Positions 16,951 to 30,100 of a stretch of DNA of 64,000 bases are shown piece by piece. The notes under the pieces were generated by a model that saw only the letters and a program-made list of their open reading frames with translations, ran no database searches and was not told the origin of the DNA. The translations under genes were made by a program, and so were the position numbers. Positions within the stretch are counted from its first letter, which is position 1. The number at the start of each line of letters is the position of its first letter. Origin of the DNA: an uncultured delta proteobacterium (lineage in GTDB: Bacteria; Myxococcota_A; Polyangia; Palsa-1104); assembly GCA_963785725.1 (NCBI GenBank), contig CAWAWS010000027.1, positions 5,708 through 69,707 on the forward strand, given 5' to 3'.

Positions 16951-19401
16951 ATGTTTTCTCGTAACGCCTTGCACGCCCTGTTTTTCGCGACTTTTGCGGC
17001 CGGCTGCTCGAGCCACGGCGCCGCGCTCGACGCGCCCTTCGCCGCCGACAGCCCGTGGCCCAAGTTCCGCCACGACGCCGTGCAGGACGGCAGATCGAGC
17101 CTGAAGCCGACGTCGAAGAGCGGCACGTTCTGGAGCTATCGCACCGGCAAGGGCGTCTTCAGCTCGCCGGTCGTCAGCGGCGACGGCACCATCTACGTCG
17201 GCTCGGCCGATCGCACGTTCTACGCGCTCAAAGCCGACGGCACCGTCGACTGGAAGCTGCTCACGGGCGAGATCATCGACTCCTCGGCGCTGCTCGACGA
17301 CAAAGGGCGCGTCTACTTCGGCTCCGGCGACGGCAACTTGCGCGCGCTCGACGCCAAGACCGGCACGCTCGCCTGGATGGCCACCGCCGACAACGCCGTC
17401 AACGGCTCGTACATCAACTGGTTCGAAGGCAACGTGCAGCTGTCACCGACGGGCGAGCTGTACGCGCCCAACGACGACTTCTTCCTCTTTCAGCTCGATC
17501 GCGACACCGGCATGTTCACGCAGAAGCTGCGCCTGCCCGACCAAACGTGGTCGTCGCCGGCGTTCGACAAGAACGGGCAGCTCTACATCGGCAACAACAA
17601 CTTGGTGCAGGCGTTGGGCTCGAACTTGTTCTCGTTCGACAAGGCCAGCGTCGAGAAGTGGGAAGATTACGTGGGCGTGGGCTCGGTGGCGGCCAGCCCG
17701 CTCGTGACGCCGAGCGGCCTCATCGTCGCCGGCAGCTTCGACGGCTACGTGCGCGGCTTCTCCGCCGTCGACGGCACGCCGAAGTGGCAGTTCGGCGCGC
17801 GCGATCACATCTACGCCTCGGCCGCGCGCCAGTCCGACGGCACGATCGTGCAGGCCGCCACCGACGGCAGCGTCTACGGCCTCGACGAGACCGACGGCAC
17901 GCTGCGCTGGACGTTCGACTCGCGCGATCCCATCCGCTCGTCGCCCGCCGTCGACGGCGACGACAACGTCTACTTCGGCTCCGGCGACGGCCGCTTGTAC
18001 GTGCTCAACAAGGACGGAACCTTGCGCTGGTCGGTGCAGCTCATCAGCGAGGACCGCAATGACGTCAACAGCTCGCCGGCGCTCGGCAAGGACGCGATCT
18101 ACGTCGGCGGCGAGAGCGGCGAAGTGTTCAGCGTGCCCTACGACTACTGCTTGCGCGCGCCCGGCATGACCGATCCGCGCTGCGCGCCGGCGACGGCGCC
18201 GACGCTGCCCGACGACGGCGGCACGCTGCTCGTCACGACCTCGTTCGGCGCGGAGCTGGCGACGCCGCCGGCGACGATCGATCCCAATCAGCCCATCGTG
18301 CTCTCGCTGGTGGCGCGCCAAGGCGGTCACGACGAGCTGGCGCTGCTCGACGCGTCGTCGGTGGTGGTGACGATCACGCCGCCGGCGCAGTTCACGACCG
18401 ACGTCGCCGGCAACGGCAAGTTCGTCACCATCACGCCGACGGCGCCGCTGACCGCCGCCGCCGACGGCACCGTCACGATCGCCGTCACCGGCGGCTTCCT
18501 CGTGTCGCCGATGCGCAGCGGGCTCAAGCTGTCGGGCGGCACGGCCGGCGGCAACGTCAGCTTCATGATGCAGCCGACCTTGAACGTGCCGATGGCGACG
18601 CCGGTGCCGCTCACCGTCGGCTCGGTGTGGCAAATCGCGCGCATCGCCTTGCCGCTGCCGACGCTCTTGCCGAGCTACAATCAGATCGGCTTCGACTCGC
18701 TGCAGTACCTCGTCAGCATCGTCGAGACGTTGCCGAACGGACAGGCGATCGCGTGGATGGCCGGCGCCACGCTCGACGACAACAACGACACGATCATCGA
18801 CCCGAAGACGCAGGCGCTCTTCCCGCTGCAGGTCACGAGCGACGGCACCTTCATGACGATGATCAATCAAGCGGGCGTGAGCGTGAAGGTCACCAACATC
18901 GTCATTCCGTTTCAATCGTTCCGCCTGTCGGTCGCGCTCGGCGCAGACGGCAACGGCGCCGGCCCCGTGCGCCTGACGGGCTCGACGATCTGCGCCGACA
19001 TCGCCACCTACGGCTCGTTCTTGCAGCAGCTCGGCCTGTGCAATCCGACCACCGATCTACTGACCGTCGTCGGCGCCGCCAACTTCACGACGTTCACCGC
19101 GCCCGCGCCGACGACCGCCACCGCGACCTTCGCCAGCGACGGCATGAACGTGACGGCGACGCTGACGGGCTCGCAGATCGTGGCCGCCGATCACGTGGCG
19201 TCGCTGTTGCTCGTCGACGCGACCACGAACGCGCCCATCTCGCTCAACTACGGCCTGACGACGAAGACGACGGCGGATCCCAACGGCATGTTGGCGACGG
19301 TGACGGTGCCGCTCGCCGGCAAGACGCTGCCGGCGACGACGCGCGTGCATCTCATGATCGATACGGCGTCGGCGGCAACAGGCGACATCACCACACCTTG
19401 A
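16951..19401 (+). CDS. Lipoprotein with PQQ-like (BamB-type) beta-propeller and a C-terminal beta-rich region
   Basis: Lipobox AAGC; SPWPKFRHD; repeated SSP....G.VYFGS.DG.LYAL...G...W blades. Confidence 0.85.
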   Translation: MFSRNALHALFFATFAAGCSSHGAALDAPFAADSPWPKFRHDAVQDGRSSLKPTSKSGTFWSYRTGKGVFSSPVVSGDGTIYVGSADRTFYALKADGTVDWKLLTGEIIDSSALLDDKGRVYFGSGDGNLRALDAKTGTLAWMATADNAVNGSYINWFEGNVQLSPTGELYAPNDDFFLFQLDRDTGMFTQKLRLPDQTWSSPAFDKNGQLYIGNNNLVQALGSNLFSFDKASVEKWEDYVGVGSVAASPLVTPSGLIVAGSFDGYVRGFSAVDGTPKWQFGARDHIYASAARQSDGTIVQAATDGSVYGLDETDGTLRWTFDSRDPIRSSPAVDGDDNVYFGSGDGRLYVLNKDGTLRWSVQLISEDRNDVNSSPALGKDAIYVGGESGEVFSVPYDYCLRAPGMTDPRCAPATAPTLPDDGGTLLVTTSFGAELATPPATIDPNQPIVLSLVARQGGHDELALLDASSVVVTITPPAQFTTDVAGNGKFVTITPTAPLTAAADGTVTIAVTGGFLVSPMRSGLKLSGGTAGGNVSFMMQPTLNVPMATPVPLTVGSVWQIARIALPLPTLLPSYNQIGFDSLQYLVSIVETLPNGQAIAWMAGATLDDNNDTIIDPKTQALFPLQVTSDGTFMTMINQAGVSVKVTNIVIPFQSFRLSVALGADGNGAGPVRLTGSTICADIATYGSFLQQLGLCNPTTDLLTVVGAANFTTFTAPAPTTATATFASDGMNVTATLTGSQIVAADHVASLLLVDATTNAPISLNYGLTTKTTADPNGMLATVTVPLAGKTLPATTRVHLMIDTASAATGDITTP

Positions 19402-19455
19402 GCCCGTTTTGAGCGGCTGCGCGAACGACAAAAGCTGATACAGTCGGGTCGCGCC

Positions 19456-20316
19456 ATGAAGTCGACACTCGATGGTGAGATACCGGAGTACAGTCTCGCG
19501 CCGCGCGGGAAGTCCTCCAAACTGCCCTGGATCGTGGGCTTCCTCGGATTGGCCGCGGGTGCGGCCGGCGGCTGGCTGGCCGTCGACGAGCACGGCAAGG
19601 CGAGCAGCGACGCCGCGAAGCTCGCCGAGCTGTCGTCGAAGCTGGCCGGCGCCGAAGCGAAAACGAAGGACCTGCAGGCGAAGCTCGACGCCGCCGAGAC
19701 CGAGCGCTCGGCGCTGGCGGCATCGCGCGACGAGCTGTCAAAGAACGTGCAGTCCAAAGACGAGGAGCTGGCCAAGCTCAAAGGCACCTACGACGAGCTG
19801 CAGGACAAGCTCAAGGGCGAGCTGAAGTCGGGCGACGTGAGCGTGACCCAAGTGGGCGGCAAGCTGCGCGTCGATCTCGTCGACAAGCTCCTGTTCACGT
19901 CCGGCGAAGCGCAGATCTCCAAGCGCGGCGAGAACGTGCTCCTGCGCGTCGGCGCGATCTTGGCCAACATCCCCGACAAGCTGATCCAAGTCTCGGGTCA
20001 CACCGATCAAACGCCGATCGGCGAGAAGCGCTCGGCGCAGTTCCCGAGCAATTGGGAGCTGTCGGTCGCGCGCGCCACCAACGTCGTGCGCTTCTTGCAG
20101 GACAAAGGCAGCGTTCCCGGCGAGCGGCTCGTCGCCAGCGGCTACGGCGAGTTCCATCCCGTCGCCAGCAACAAGAGCGCCACCGGCCGCGCGCGCAATC
20201 GCCGCATCGAGATTCTGCTGACGCCGTCGCTCGATCCGAAGGCCATCGCCATGCGCAAGCTGAAGGCGGAGGCGGTCGCGGGCGAGCCCAAGTCGGTGGT
20301 GAAGCGCCAGAAGTAG
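19456..20316 (+). CDS. OmpA/MotB-family membrane protein with coiled coil
   Basis: TM, coiled coil, LLFTSGEA, GHTDQTPI, SNWELSVARA, RNRRIEILL. Confidence 0.9.
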   Translation: MKSTLDGEIPEYSLAPRGKSSKLPWIVGFLGLAAGAAGGWLAVDEHGKASSDAAKLAELSSKLAGAEAKTKDLQAKLDAAETERSALAASRDELSKNVQSKDEELAKLKGTYDELQDKLKGELKSGDVSVTQVGGKLRVDLVDKLLFTSGEAQISKRGENVLLRVGAILANIPDKLIQVSGHTDQTPIGEKRSAQFPSNWELSVARATNVVRFLQDKGSVPGERLVASGYGEFHPVASNKSATGRARNRRIEILLTPSLDPKAIAMRKLKAEAVAGEPKSVVKRQK

Positions 20317-20317
20317 C

Positions 20318-21856
<1,539 letters not shown>

Positions 21857-21943
21857 AAATTCATAAATCGCTGCAAGGTTTTTGGGCGGCGCTCGTAACA
21901 CCTCCCTCGTCGTGAAGCATTCGCGCTTCGCGGGGAGGATTTC

Positions 21944-23461
21944 ATGGAGCGGATCGAAAGCGCTTTTCTCATTCTCGGCATTCTCGGTTTTCTCGTCGTC
22001 AGCGGCTGCGTCGCCGCGCAAGTCGACGACGCGCCTGACGATGGCGATCGCGCGCAGGCGCAGGTCGCGTCGTTGGCGCGCTATCCCAATCGCCGGCTGT
22101 GCGCGCCGGCGACCGAGCCGGGCCAGCTGGCCTGCGCGGCGCGCATCCGCACCGACGCGACGGGACAGATCGTGCCCTTGGCCGCGCCGAGCGGCTACGG
22201 CCCGAGCGACTTGCAGAGCGCCTACGGCGCGACGGCGCTCGTCGCCAGCGGCGGCAGCGACGCCACCATCGCCATCGTCGACGCGCAGGACGATCCCGAC
22301 GCCGAGGCCGACCTCGCCGTCTACCGCAAGCAGTTCGGCTTGCCGGCGTGCACCAGCGCCAGCGGCTGCTTCCGCAAGCTGAACCAAAGCGGCGCCGCCA
22401 GCCCGCTGCCGAAAGCCGACAAAGGCTGGGCCGGCGAGATCATGCTCGACCTCGAGATGGCCTCGGCGTTGTGTCCGCGCTGCAAGCTCTTGCTCGTCGA
22501 AGCGTCGGCGGCGACGACGGCCGATCTGGGCGCGGCCGTGAATGCGGCGGCCAGCTTGGGCGCGACCGTCATCAGCAACAGCTACGGCGGCCCCGAAGAC
22601 GCCTCGCTCGCGACGACCGACAAGCAGTATTACGACCATCCGGGCATCGCCGTCTTCGCGTCGTCGGGCGATTCGGGCTACGGCGTCGAATATCCGGCGT
22701 CGGGCCAGTTCGTGACCGCGGTCGGCGGCACGACGCTCACCAAGTCCTCGTCGGCGGCGCGCGGCTGGGTCGAGACGGTGTGGGGATCGACGAGCGGTGG
22801 CGACGGCGCCGGCTCCGGCTGCTCGGCCTACGCGACGAAGCCGTCGTACCAAAAGGACAGCGGCTGCGCGAAGAAGACGGTCGCCGACATCGCGGCGCTC
22901 GCCGACCCCGACACCGGCGTCGCCGTCTACGACAAATATGGATCGGGCGGCTGGAACGTCTACGGCGGCACGTCGGCGGCGTCGCCCATCGCAGCGGCCA
23001 TCCACGCGCTGACCGGCCACGGCAAAGACGCGCTCGGCCTGTCGTACGGCAAAGCGGGCGCGTTCTTCGACGTCACGAGCGGCAGCAACGGCAGCTGCTC
23101 GGGCTCGTACTTGTGCACGGCGCGCGCCGGCTACGACGGACCGACCGGCAACGGGACGCCCAACGCGTCGGTGCTGGCCGGCAAGACCAGCGGCAGCGGT
23201 GGCGGCGGCGGGACCTCGGGCGGCAGCGGCAGCGGCGGCGGCGGTGGCAGCGCCGGCGGCAAGGGATCGGGCGGCGGCAGCGCCGGCGGCGGCAAATCGA
23301 CGTGCGCGCACTCCGAATGCACGAGCGGCAAGAAGCTCAGCGCCACCTGCGACGACTGCATCAGCGCCACCTGCAGCCTCGACAGCTACTGCTGCGCCAA
23401 CACGTGGGACTCGGTGTGCATCTCGGAAGCGGAGCTGGTATGCGGCCTCAGCTGCGAATGA
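21944..23461 (+). CDS. Secreted S53/S8 (sedolisin-like) serine protease with Gly linker and Cys-rich C-terminal module
   Basis: EIMLD, SSGDSG, YPAS, GGTSAASP, GYDGPTGNGTP; lipobox VSGC. Confidence 0.88.
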   Translation: MERIESAFLILGILGFLVVSGCVAAQVDDAPDDGDRAQAQVASLARYPNRRLCAPATEPGQLACAARIRTDATGQIVPLAAPSGYGPSDLQSAYGATALVASGGSDATIAIVDAQDDPDAEADLAVYRKQFGLPACTSASGCFRKLNQSGAASPLPKADKGWAGEIMLDLEMASALCPRCKLLLVEASAATTADLGAAVNAAASLGATVISNSYGGPEDASLATTDKQYYDHPGIAVFASSGDSGYGVEYPASGQFVTAVGGTTLTKSSSAARGWVETVWGSTSGGDGAGSGCSAYATKPSYQKDSGCAKKTVADIAALADPDTGVAVYDKYGSGGWNVYGGTSAASPIAAAIHALTGHGKDALGLSYGKAGAFFDVTSGSNGSCSGSYLCTARAGYDGPTGNGTPNASVLAGKTSGSGGGGGTSGGSGSGGGGGSAGGKGSGGGSAGGGKSTCAHSECTSGKKLSATCDDCISATCSLDSYCCANTWDSVCISEAELVCGLSCE

Positions 23462-23488
23462 TCCGCAAGAGTCGCGCGGCGCGTCGGC

Positions 23489-24376
23489 TCAGGCGCCGCG
23501 CGAGTCGACGGTCGACACGTCCACCGATACGGCGAGCGTGTGCAGGCCGCCACCGAGAATGACGCCGCGAATGGGCGTGACGTCGCCGAAGTCGCGTCCA
23601 TGACCGATGGTGACGTGCTCTTCGGCGGGGATGAGATCGTTGGTCGGATCGAAGTCGATCCAGCCGAGATCGGGCACCCACGTGGCGATCCACGCGTGCG
23701 AGGCGTCGGCGCCGACGAGCTTCGGCTTGCCCGGCGGCGGATGCGTCAGCAAGTAGCCGCTGACGTAACGACCGGCGAGGCCGAGCGCGCGTAGACAGCC
23801 GATGGCGAGGTGCGCGAAGTCCTGGCAGACGCCGCGTCGCGCCGCCAGCACTTCGGACAGCGGCGTCGACACGTCGGTGGCGGTCGGATCGTAGGCGAAG
23901 TCGCGGTAGATGCGATGGGTCAGGTCGCGCACGGCTTGCAAGAGCGGGCGACCGTCGGGAAACGAAGGCGCAGCGTAAGCGGCGAGCTCGGCGCTGGTGA
24001 GGATATGCGTGGAGTCGAACGTCATCTCGTAAGCGTCGAGGACGTCGCGGCGGCGATCGTCGCGCAGTCGGGCGCGCACGTCGTTCCAGGACGGCGTGCG
24101 CGCCAGATCCGGCAGCGGCAGCGGTCGCACGTCGACGACGCTCGTCGCCGTCACTTCGAGGGCACGATGGGGCTCGCTCAAGCTGAAGTGCAGCGCGCGA
24201 TTGCCGAAATAGTCGAAGCGCCGTCGTCGCAAGGCCGGACGCGGCACGATCTCGATCTGATGCGAGACCGTGTGCTGATGCTCGTGCTCGCGCGGCGACA
24301 AGCGCGCTTCGTGCTGCGACGTCGTCACGGCGTCGCCATATTGATACGACGTGCGATGGATGACGCGCAGCCTCAC
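23489..24376 (-). CDS. Transglutaminase-like protein (Bact_transglu_N + core)
   Basis: HRTSYQY; GVCQDFAH, SHAW, DFDPTN catalytic triad; GTG at 24376 overlaps the upstream stop. Confidence 0.92.
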   Translation of the reverse strand: MRLRVIHRTSYQYGDAVTTSQHEARLSPREHEHQHTVSHQIEIVPRPALRRRRFDYFGNRALHFSLSEPHRALEVTATSVVDVRPLPLPDLARTPSWNDVRARLRDDRRRDVLDAYEMTFDSTHILTSAELAAYAAPSFPDGRPLLQAVRDLTHRIYRDFAYDPTATDVSTPLSEVLAARRGVCQDFAHLAIGCLRALGLAGRYVSGYLLTHPPPGKPKLVGADASHAWIATWVPDLGWIDFDPTNDLIPAEEHVTIGHGRDFGDVTPIRGVILGGGLHTLAVSVDVSTVDSRGA

Positions 24377-26988
24377 GGCTCGCCTCCGCCCGAGATCGAG
24401 ACTCGCCGGGGCGACGCGTCCTCTTGGCTCAAGTGGCGCGGCGTGCTGGCGTGATTGAGATAGCTGTCGGACAAGGACTCGCTCAGCTGCGGCAAGCTCG
24501 TGCCGAGGCGGCGCAAGAGCGCATCGAGCGCCGGTCGCGTGGCGCCCGCGGCGTCGAGCGCGCACAGCCGATCGATCTCGGCCAGCTCGAGCTCGCCCTG
24601 CGTCGCCAGCGCCAGCCGCAGCTGCGGGCTGCGCACGCCCGCGCCCGGCAAGAGAGGCAGCGCCCGCACGTGATCGACGAGCGCGCGCACTTGGTACACG
24701 ATGCTGCGCGGATTGCCGTCATCGGCGAGCAGCAAGTCGACGACGGGCGCGGGCTGCAGCGTCGCCAAGTAACGACGGCGATAGGTCATGCCGCTGTCGG
24801 CGATCTCGAGCACGGCCTCGAGCAGCGGGCGTTCGCGATCGGTGGCGCGCACGGTCGTCGCACGCAGGAGGGTCACCAGCGTCACGGCGCGCTCCAAGCG
24901 ACGACCGAGATCCAAGAAGCGCCAGGACTGACCGCGCGTCATGCTCTCCATCGCCAGACCGCTGAAGGCCGCGAGCGTGATGACGACGCGGTTGAGGCCG
25001 TGGACGAGCGTCGACAGCCGATCGGCGCCGGCGGCGGCAATGCCGGCCAGACGCGCGACGTCCTCGTCGAGCGCCGCGAGCACGCGCCAGGTGTCGATGG
25101 AGATGCGGTCGCGCACCATGCGGCCGACGCGCAAGGTCGCCTTGACGACGGACGCGAGCGAGCCGACGCTGCTCGCGTCGCACATGGCGGCGATGAGCTG
25201 CGCCTCGGCGCCGGCCAGGTGCGGCGTGCGATCGACGGGAATGTCGACGCTGTAGAGGAACTCGTTTTGCGCGCGCAACGCGGCCAAGAGCGCCGAGAAC
25301 TCGCTCGACCGATCGAGCTCGGGCTGACCGGCGAGCTCCGAGAGGCGGCCGCCGATGACGCGACCGAGGCGCGCGATGCCTTCGGCGCGTTCGGCGTAAC
25401 GACCGAGCCAATAGAGGTTGTCGGCGGCGCGGCTGGGCAACTCGCTGCCGCCGCGCGACAGCTCGATGGCGCGCTGCGCCGGCGGCAAGAGCGAGAACGG
25501 GCTGACGGCCTCGTGCGACAGCACCCACACGTCTTTGCTGCGCGCGCCCCGCTCCATCGTCACTTCGGCGCCGCTCTCGGGACCGGCGACGCGCGCCAGG
25601 CCGCCCGGCATGACCAAGTAGTCGTGGCCGCCGTTGGCGACGGCGTAGGCGCGCAAGACGAGCGGCCGCGGCGCGATGGTGCCGTCGGTCAGAAGCGGCG
25701 TCGTCGACGGCGGCACGTACGCTTGCGCGACATACGCGCTCGGACGCGCGGCGATCTTGCCGCGCAGCGCCTCGCGTTCGGCGGCCGGCAAGGCGGCCGT
25801 GAAGATGGGCGAGCTCGAGCCGTCGGGGAAGGTCTTGCGGATGACCCAGTCGTCGAAGCGGCCGAGCACCTCGTCGCGCCCCGCCGCCTCGCCGAGCCAG
25901 AGCGTGCGCACCGACGGCATCATCAACGTCTCGTTGAGGAGCCCGCGACAGATCTCGGGCAGATACGGCAAGATCGCCGCCGTCTGCAGCACGCCCGAGC
26001 CGAGCGGATTGACGATGGCGACGTTGCGCGCGCGCGCCGCCTGCACGAGGCCGGGCACGCCGAGCGCCGAGTCCTCGCGCAGCTCGAGCGGATCGCAGAA
26101 GTCGTCGTTGACGCGGCGAAAGACGACGTCGACCGGCTGCAGCCCACCGAGCGTCTTCAGGAACACGCGATCGTCGCGCACGGTCAAGTCGCCACCGTCG
26201 ACGAGCGTGAAGCCGAGATACTGCGCCAGATAGGCCTGCTCGAAATAGGTGGCGTCGTAAGAGCCCGGCGTCAGGAGCACGATGCGCGGGTTGTCGCGAT
26301 TGTGCGCCGCGCGCGCCTGCAGCATCTCGCGCAAGACGCGGAAGAACGGGGCCAGCCGCTGCACGTTGCCGGCGCGAAACAGCTCCGGCAGCGCGCTCGA
26401 CACGACGATGCGATTCTCGAGCGCGTAGCCGGCGCCCGTCGGGGCTTGCACGCGATCTTCGACGACGTGGAAGCTGCCGTCGAGCGTCCGCACCAGATCG
26501 GCGCCGAAGATGGGCAGCCAATCGTCCTGCGGCACCGCCATGCCGTGCAGCGGACGCAAAAAGCGCGGGTTGGCGAACACGAGCTCGGGCGGCAGCCAGC
26601 GTTCGACGAGCGATCGCTGCGGCCCGTAGAGGTCGGCCAAGAGCGCAGCCAAGAGGCGGCCGCGCTGCTCGAGCGCGTGCTCCAGCTTCGACCAATCCTC
26701 GGGCGGGATGACGACCGGCAGCGGCGACAGGCTCCACGGCCGCTCCATGCCTTGCGCGTCGTCGTAAACGTTGTAGCTGACGCCGTTCTCGTGGATGAGC
26801 TGGCGCGCCTTGTCCCAGCGACGGGCGAGCTCGGCCTCTCCGAGCGCGTCGAGCTGCTCGATGAGCGGACGCCAAGCCGGCCGCAGCTGACCGAGCGCGT
26901 CGACCATCTCGTCGAAGCCGCCGGCGGGCGCCGTGTAGCCGCGCGCCAATCCCGTCGTCGCGGCGGCTGCGTGCAGTGCGTCGATCAT
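24373..26988 (-). CDS. Circularly permuted type 2 ATP-grasp fused to alpha-E domain
   Basis: EDRVQAPTGAGYALENR, YFEQAYLA, MPGGLARV, SKDVWV; then LPSRAADNLYWLGRYAERAE and GRRLER (alpha-E ER motifs). Confidence 0.92.
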   Translation of the reverse strand: MIDALHAAAATTGLARGYTAPAGGFDEMVDALGQLRPAWRPLIEQLDALGEAELARRWDKARQLIHENGVSYNVYDDAQGMERPWSLSPLPVVIPPEDWSKLEHALEQRGRLLAALLADLYGPQRSLVERWLPPELVFANPRFLRPLHGMAVPQDDWLPIFGADLVRTLDGSFHVVEDRVQAPTGAGYALENRIVVSSALPELFRAGNVQRLAPFFRVLREMLQARAAHNRDNPRIVLLTPGSYDATYFEQAYLAQYLGFTLVDGGDLTVRDDRVFLKTLGGLQPVDVVFRRVNDDFCDPLELREDSALGVPGLVQAARARNVAIVNPLGSGVLQTAAILPYLPEICRGLLNETLMMPSVRTLWLGEAAGRDEVLGRFDDWVIRKTFPDGSSSPIFTAALPAAEREALRGKIAARPSAYVAQAYVPPSTTPLLTDGTIAPRPLVLRAYAVANGGHDYLVMPGGLARVAGPESGAEVTMERGARSKDVWVLSHEAVSPFSLLPPAQRAIELSRGGSELPSRAADNLYWLGRYAERAEGIARLGRVIGGRLSELAGQPELDRSSEFSALLAALRAQNEFLYSVDIPVDRTPHLAGAEAQLIAAMCDASSVGSLASVVKATLRVGRMVRDRISIDTWRVLAALDEDVARLAGIAAAGADRLSTLVHGLNRVVITLAAFSGLAMESMTRGQSWRFLDLGRRLERAVTLVTLLRATTVRATDRERPLLEAVLEIADSGMTYRRRYLATLQPAPVVDLLLADDGNPRSIVYQVRALVDHVRALPLLPGAGVRSPQLRLALATQGELELAEIDRLCALDAAGATRPALDALLRRLGTSLPQLSESLSDSYLNHASTPRHLSQEDASPRRVSISGGGEP

Positions 26989-27129
26989 ACGAACGACATC
27001 ATACAGAACGGGGCGGTCGCCGTCGCTGCCCGAGTGCGTTCCGACACGGCGATTTGGGCGAGCGCACGGACGTTCGTCGCCGCGCCCGAGCGGTCATGGT
27101 CGATGTTGCGCCGGTGGACAGGGTTGCGT

Positions 27130-30100
27130 TCAGCCGGGCCGGCGCAGATCGAGCGTGAACGGCAGCTCGAGGCTGCGCGACTCCGGCGGCGGCGTCATCT
27201 TGCCCGGCGTGTGACCGAACGGCGCGAAGCGCGTCGCCCGGCGCGCCTCGGCTTCGAGCCCGTTGCGCGGATAGGTGTCGTAGTGACGACCGGCCGGATG
27301 CGACACGTAATACGTGCAGCCACCGACGGCACGACCGGACCAGGTGTCGACGAGATCGAAGGTCAGCGGCGCATCCACGTTCAGCGTCGGATGCAGCGAC
27401 GACGGCGGCTTCCACGCTTTGTAGCGCACGCCGGCCACACCTTCGCCGGCGCGACCGGTCGGATGCAGCGGCACGCGCCGGCCGTTGCAGGCGACGACGT
27501 GACGGCCGGGAACGAGCCCGCGCGCCAACACCTGCACGCGCTCGACGGACGAGTCGACGTAACGCACGGTGCCGCCGCCGCCCGGCTCCTCGCCGAGCAC
27601 GTGCCAAGGCTCGATCGCCTGTCGAATCTCGAGGTCGACGCCTTCGATGGCGACGGCGCCGTGGCGCGGAAAGCGGAACTCCCAGTGCGGGCGGAACCAC
27701 TCGGCGTCGACGGCGAGGTCGCGGCGGCCGAGCTCGGCGGTGACGTCGGCCAAGTCCTGCCAGACGAAGTGCGGCAGCATGAACCGATCGTGCAGCGACG
27801 TCCCCCAGCGCACGAGCGGCTGCTCGTATGGCGTCTTCCAGAAGCTCGCCACCAACGCGCGCACGAGCAACTGCTGCGCGCAGCTCATCCGCGCATCGGG
27901 CGGCATCTCGAAGCCGCGCATTTCCAACAGGCCGAGCCGTCCCGTCGCCGAATCGGGGCTGAACAGCTTGTCGAGGCAGAGCTCGGTGCGATGGCCGTTG
28001 CCGGTGACGTCGACGAGCAGGTGGCGGAACAGCCGATCGACGAGCCACGGCGGCGCCGGATTGTGGCTCGCGGTGAGCGCGGCGAAGGCGGCTTCCAGCT
28101 CGTACAGACTGTCCTGGCGCGCTTCGTCGAGCCGCGGCGCCTGGCTCGTGGGACCGACGAACTGCCCCGAAAACAGATAGGACAGCGACGGGTGATTGAT
28201 GAAGTACGCGATGAGGCTGCGCAAGAGCTCGGGCTTGCGCAAGAGCGGGCTGTCGGCCGCGCGATCGCCGCCGATGACGACGTGGTTGCCGCCGCCGGTG
28301 CCGGTGTGGCGGCCGTCGATCATGAACTTGTCGGTGCCGAGCCGAACTTGGCGCGCCTCGTCGTACAGCGCGGTCGTGTTGTCGACGAGCTGCCGCCACG
28401 ACGACGCCGGCTGCACATTGACCTCGATGACGCCGGGATCGGGCGTGACCGACAGCTTGTGCAGCCGCGGATCGCCGGGCGGCGCATAGCCTTCGAGCCG
28501 CACCGGCAGGCGCAGCTCGGCCGCGCACGCTTCCACTTTGGCGATGAGATCGAGGTAATGCTCGAGATGACCGACCGGCGGCAGGAACACGTGCAGCCGA
28601 CCGTTGCGCGGCTCGACGCACAAGGCGGTGCGCACGATCGGCCGCGCCGCGACGCCGCGCTGCATCGGCACGCCGCGACGGATCGTGCCCGGTCGCGACT
28701 GCTCGAGCGCGCGCCGCGGCGGCAAGGGCGGCCGCTGCGCGAACGGATCGCGCTCGGCGTCGGCCAACAGCTCCTCGGGCGTCGTCCACGGCAGCGTATC
28801 GAGCGGCAGACGCAGGCCCATCGGCGAATCGCCGGGGAAAAGATAGAGCCGCTCGTCGCGCAAGAGCCAGGCGCCGCTCTGCCATTGCGTGCCCGCGGGC
28901 GCCTCCTCGGCGCGCAGCGGCAGCGTCCAGCCGACCACCTTGCCCAGCCCTTGGCCGAAGATGCGCCGCAGCCGCGCGCGCTCCTCCTCGTCGTCGAGGT
29001 TGGACTCGAGCGGATCGACGTTCACCGGCAGGCGGCGCTCTTTCCACAGCCAATACCAGACGTCTTCGTAGGCCGGCATCACGTAGCCGTCTTCGATGCC
29101 CAGCTTGGCGACGAGCGCGCGCACGAACGCTCGCGCCTGCTCGCTGCCGTCGTTGCGCGGCTGGCTGCCGGCGATGAGCGTCGGATCGCGCCACACCGGC
29201 TCGCCGTCCTTGCGCCAATAGATCGAGTAGGCCCAGCGCGGCAAAGACTCGCCCGGGTACCACTTGCCGAGGCCGTGATGCAAGAAGCCGCCCGCGGCGA
29301 AGCGCGCCCACAGACGGCGGGCGAGCGCGTCGGCGCGCGCCTCTTTGTCGGGCCCGGTGGCGGCCGTCGACCACTCCGGGCTCTCCATGTCGTCGACGGA
29401 GACGAAGGTCGGCTCGCCACCCATCGTCAAGCGCACGTCGCCGGCCACGAGCGCGCGCTCGACGGCGTCGCCGGCGGCCAAGATCGCCTGCCACTGCTCG
29501 TCGGTGTACGAGCGCGTCGGCCGCGGCCGATCTTCGACGCGCGTCACCTGCATCACGACGTCGAATTCGCAGCCGAGCTCGTCGCCCTCTTCGCGCTTGT
29601 CCCACGAGAAGCTGCCGGTGATGGGCGCGGCGGCCGACGGATCGGCGGTGCAGGCCAGCGGAATGTGCCCTTCGGACGCGAACAGGCCGCTCGTCGCGTC
29701 GAGGCCGACCCAGCCGGCGCCGGGCAGATATGTCTCGGCCCAGGCGTGCAAGTCGCAGCAGTCCTCGCTGACGCCCGCCGGACCGTCGAGCGGCTTTTGA
29801 TCGGGCGTCAGCTGGATCGAGTAGCCGCTGACGAAGCGCGCGGCCAAGCCGATGCTGCGCAGGAGATTGACGAGCAGCCAGGCGAAGTCGCGGCACGAGC
29901 CGTGCCCGCGCTCGAGCGTCTCTTCGGGCGTGAAGACGCCCGGCTCCATGCGAATTTCGTAGCGCAACGCGCGGTGCACGAGCCGATTGATGTCGACGAG
30001 CACGTCGACCATGCGCCGGCCGGGACGCGCGATGTCGTCGCGCACGCGGCCGACGAGCTGCGCAAAGCCGGGCCCCGCGTCGACGACTTCGAGATAGGTC

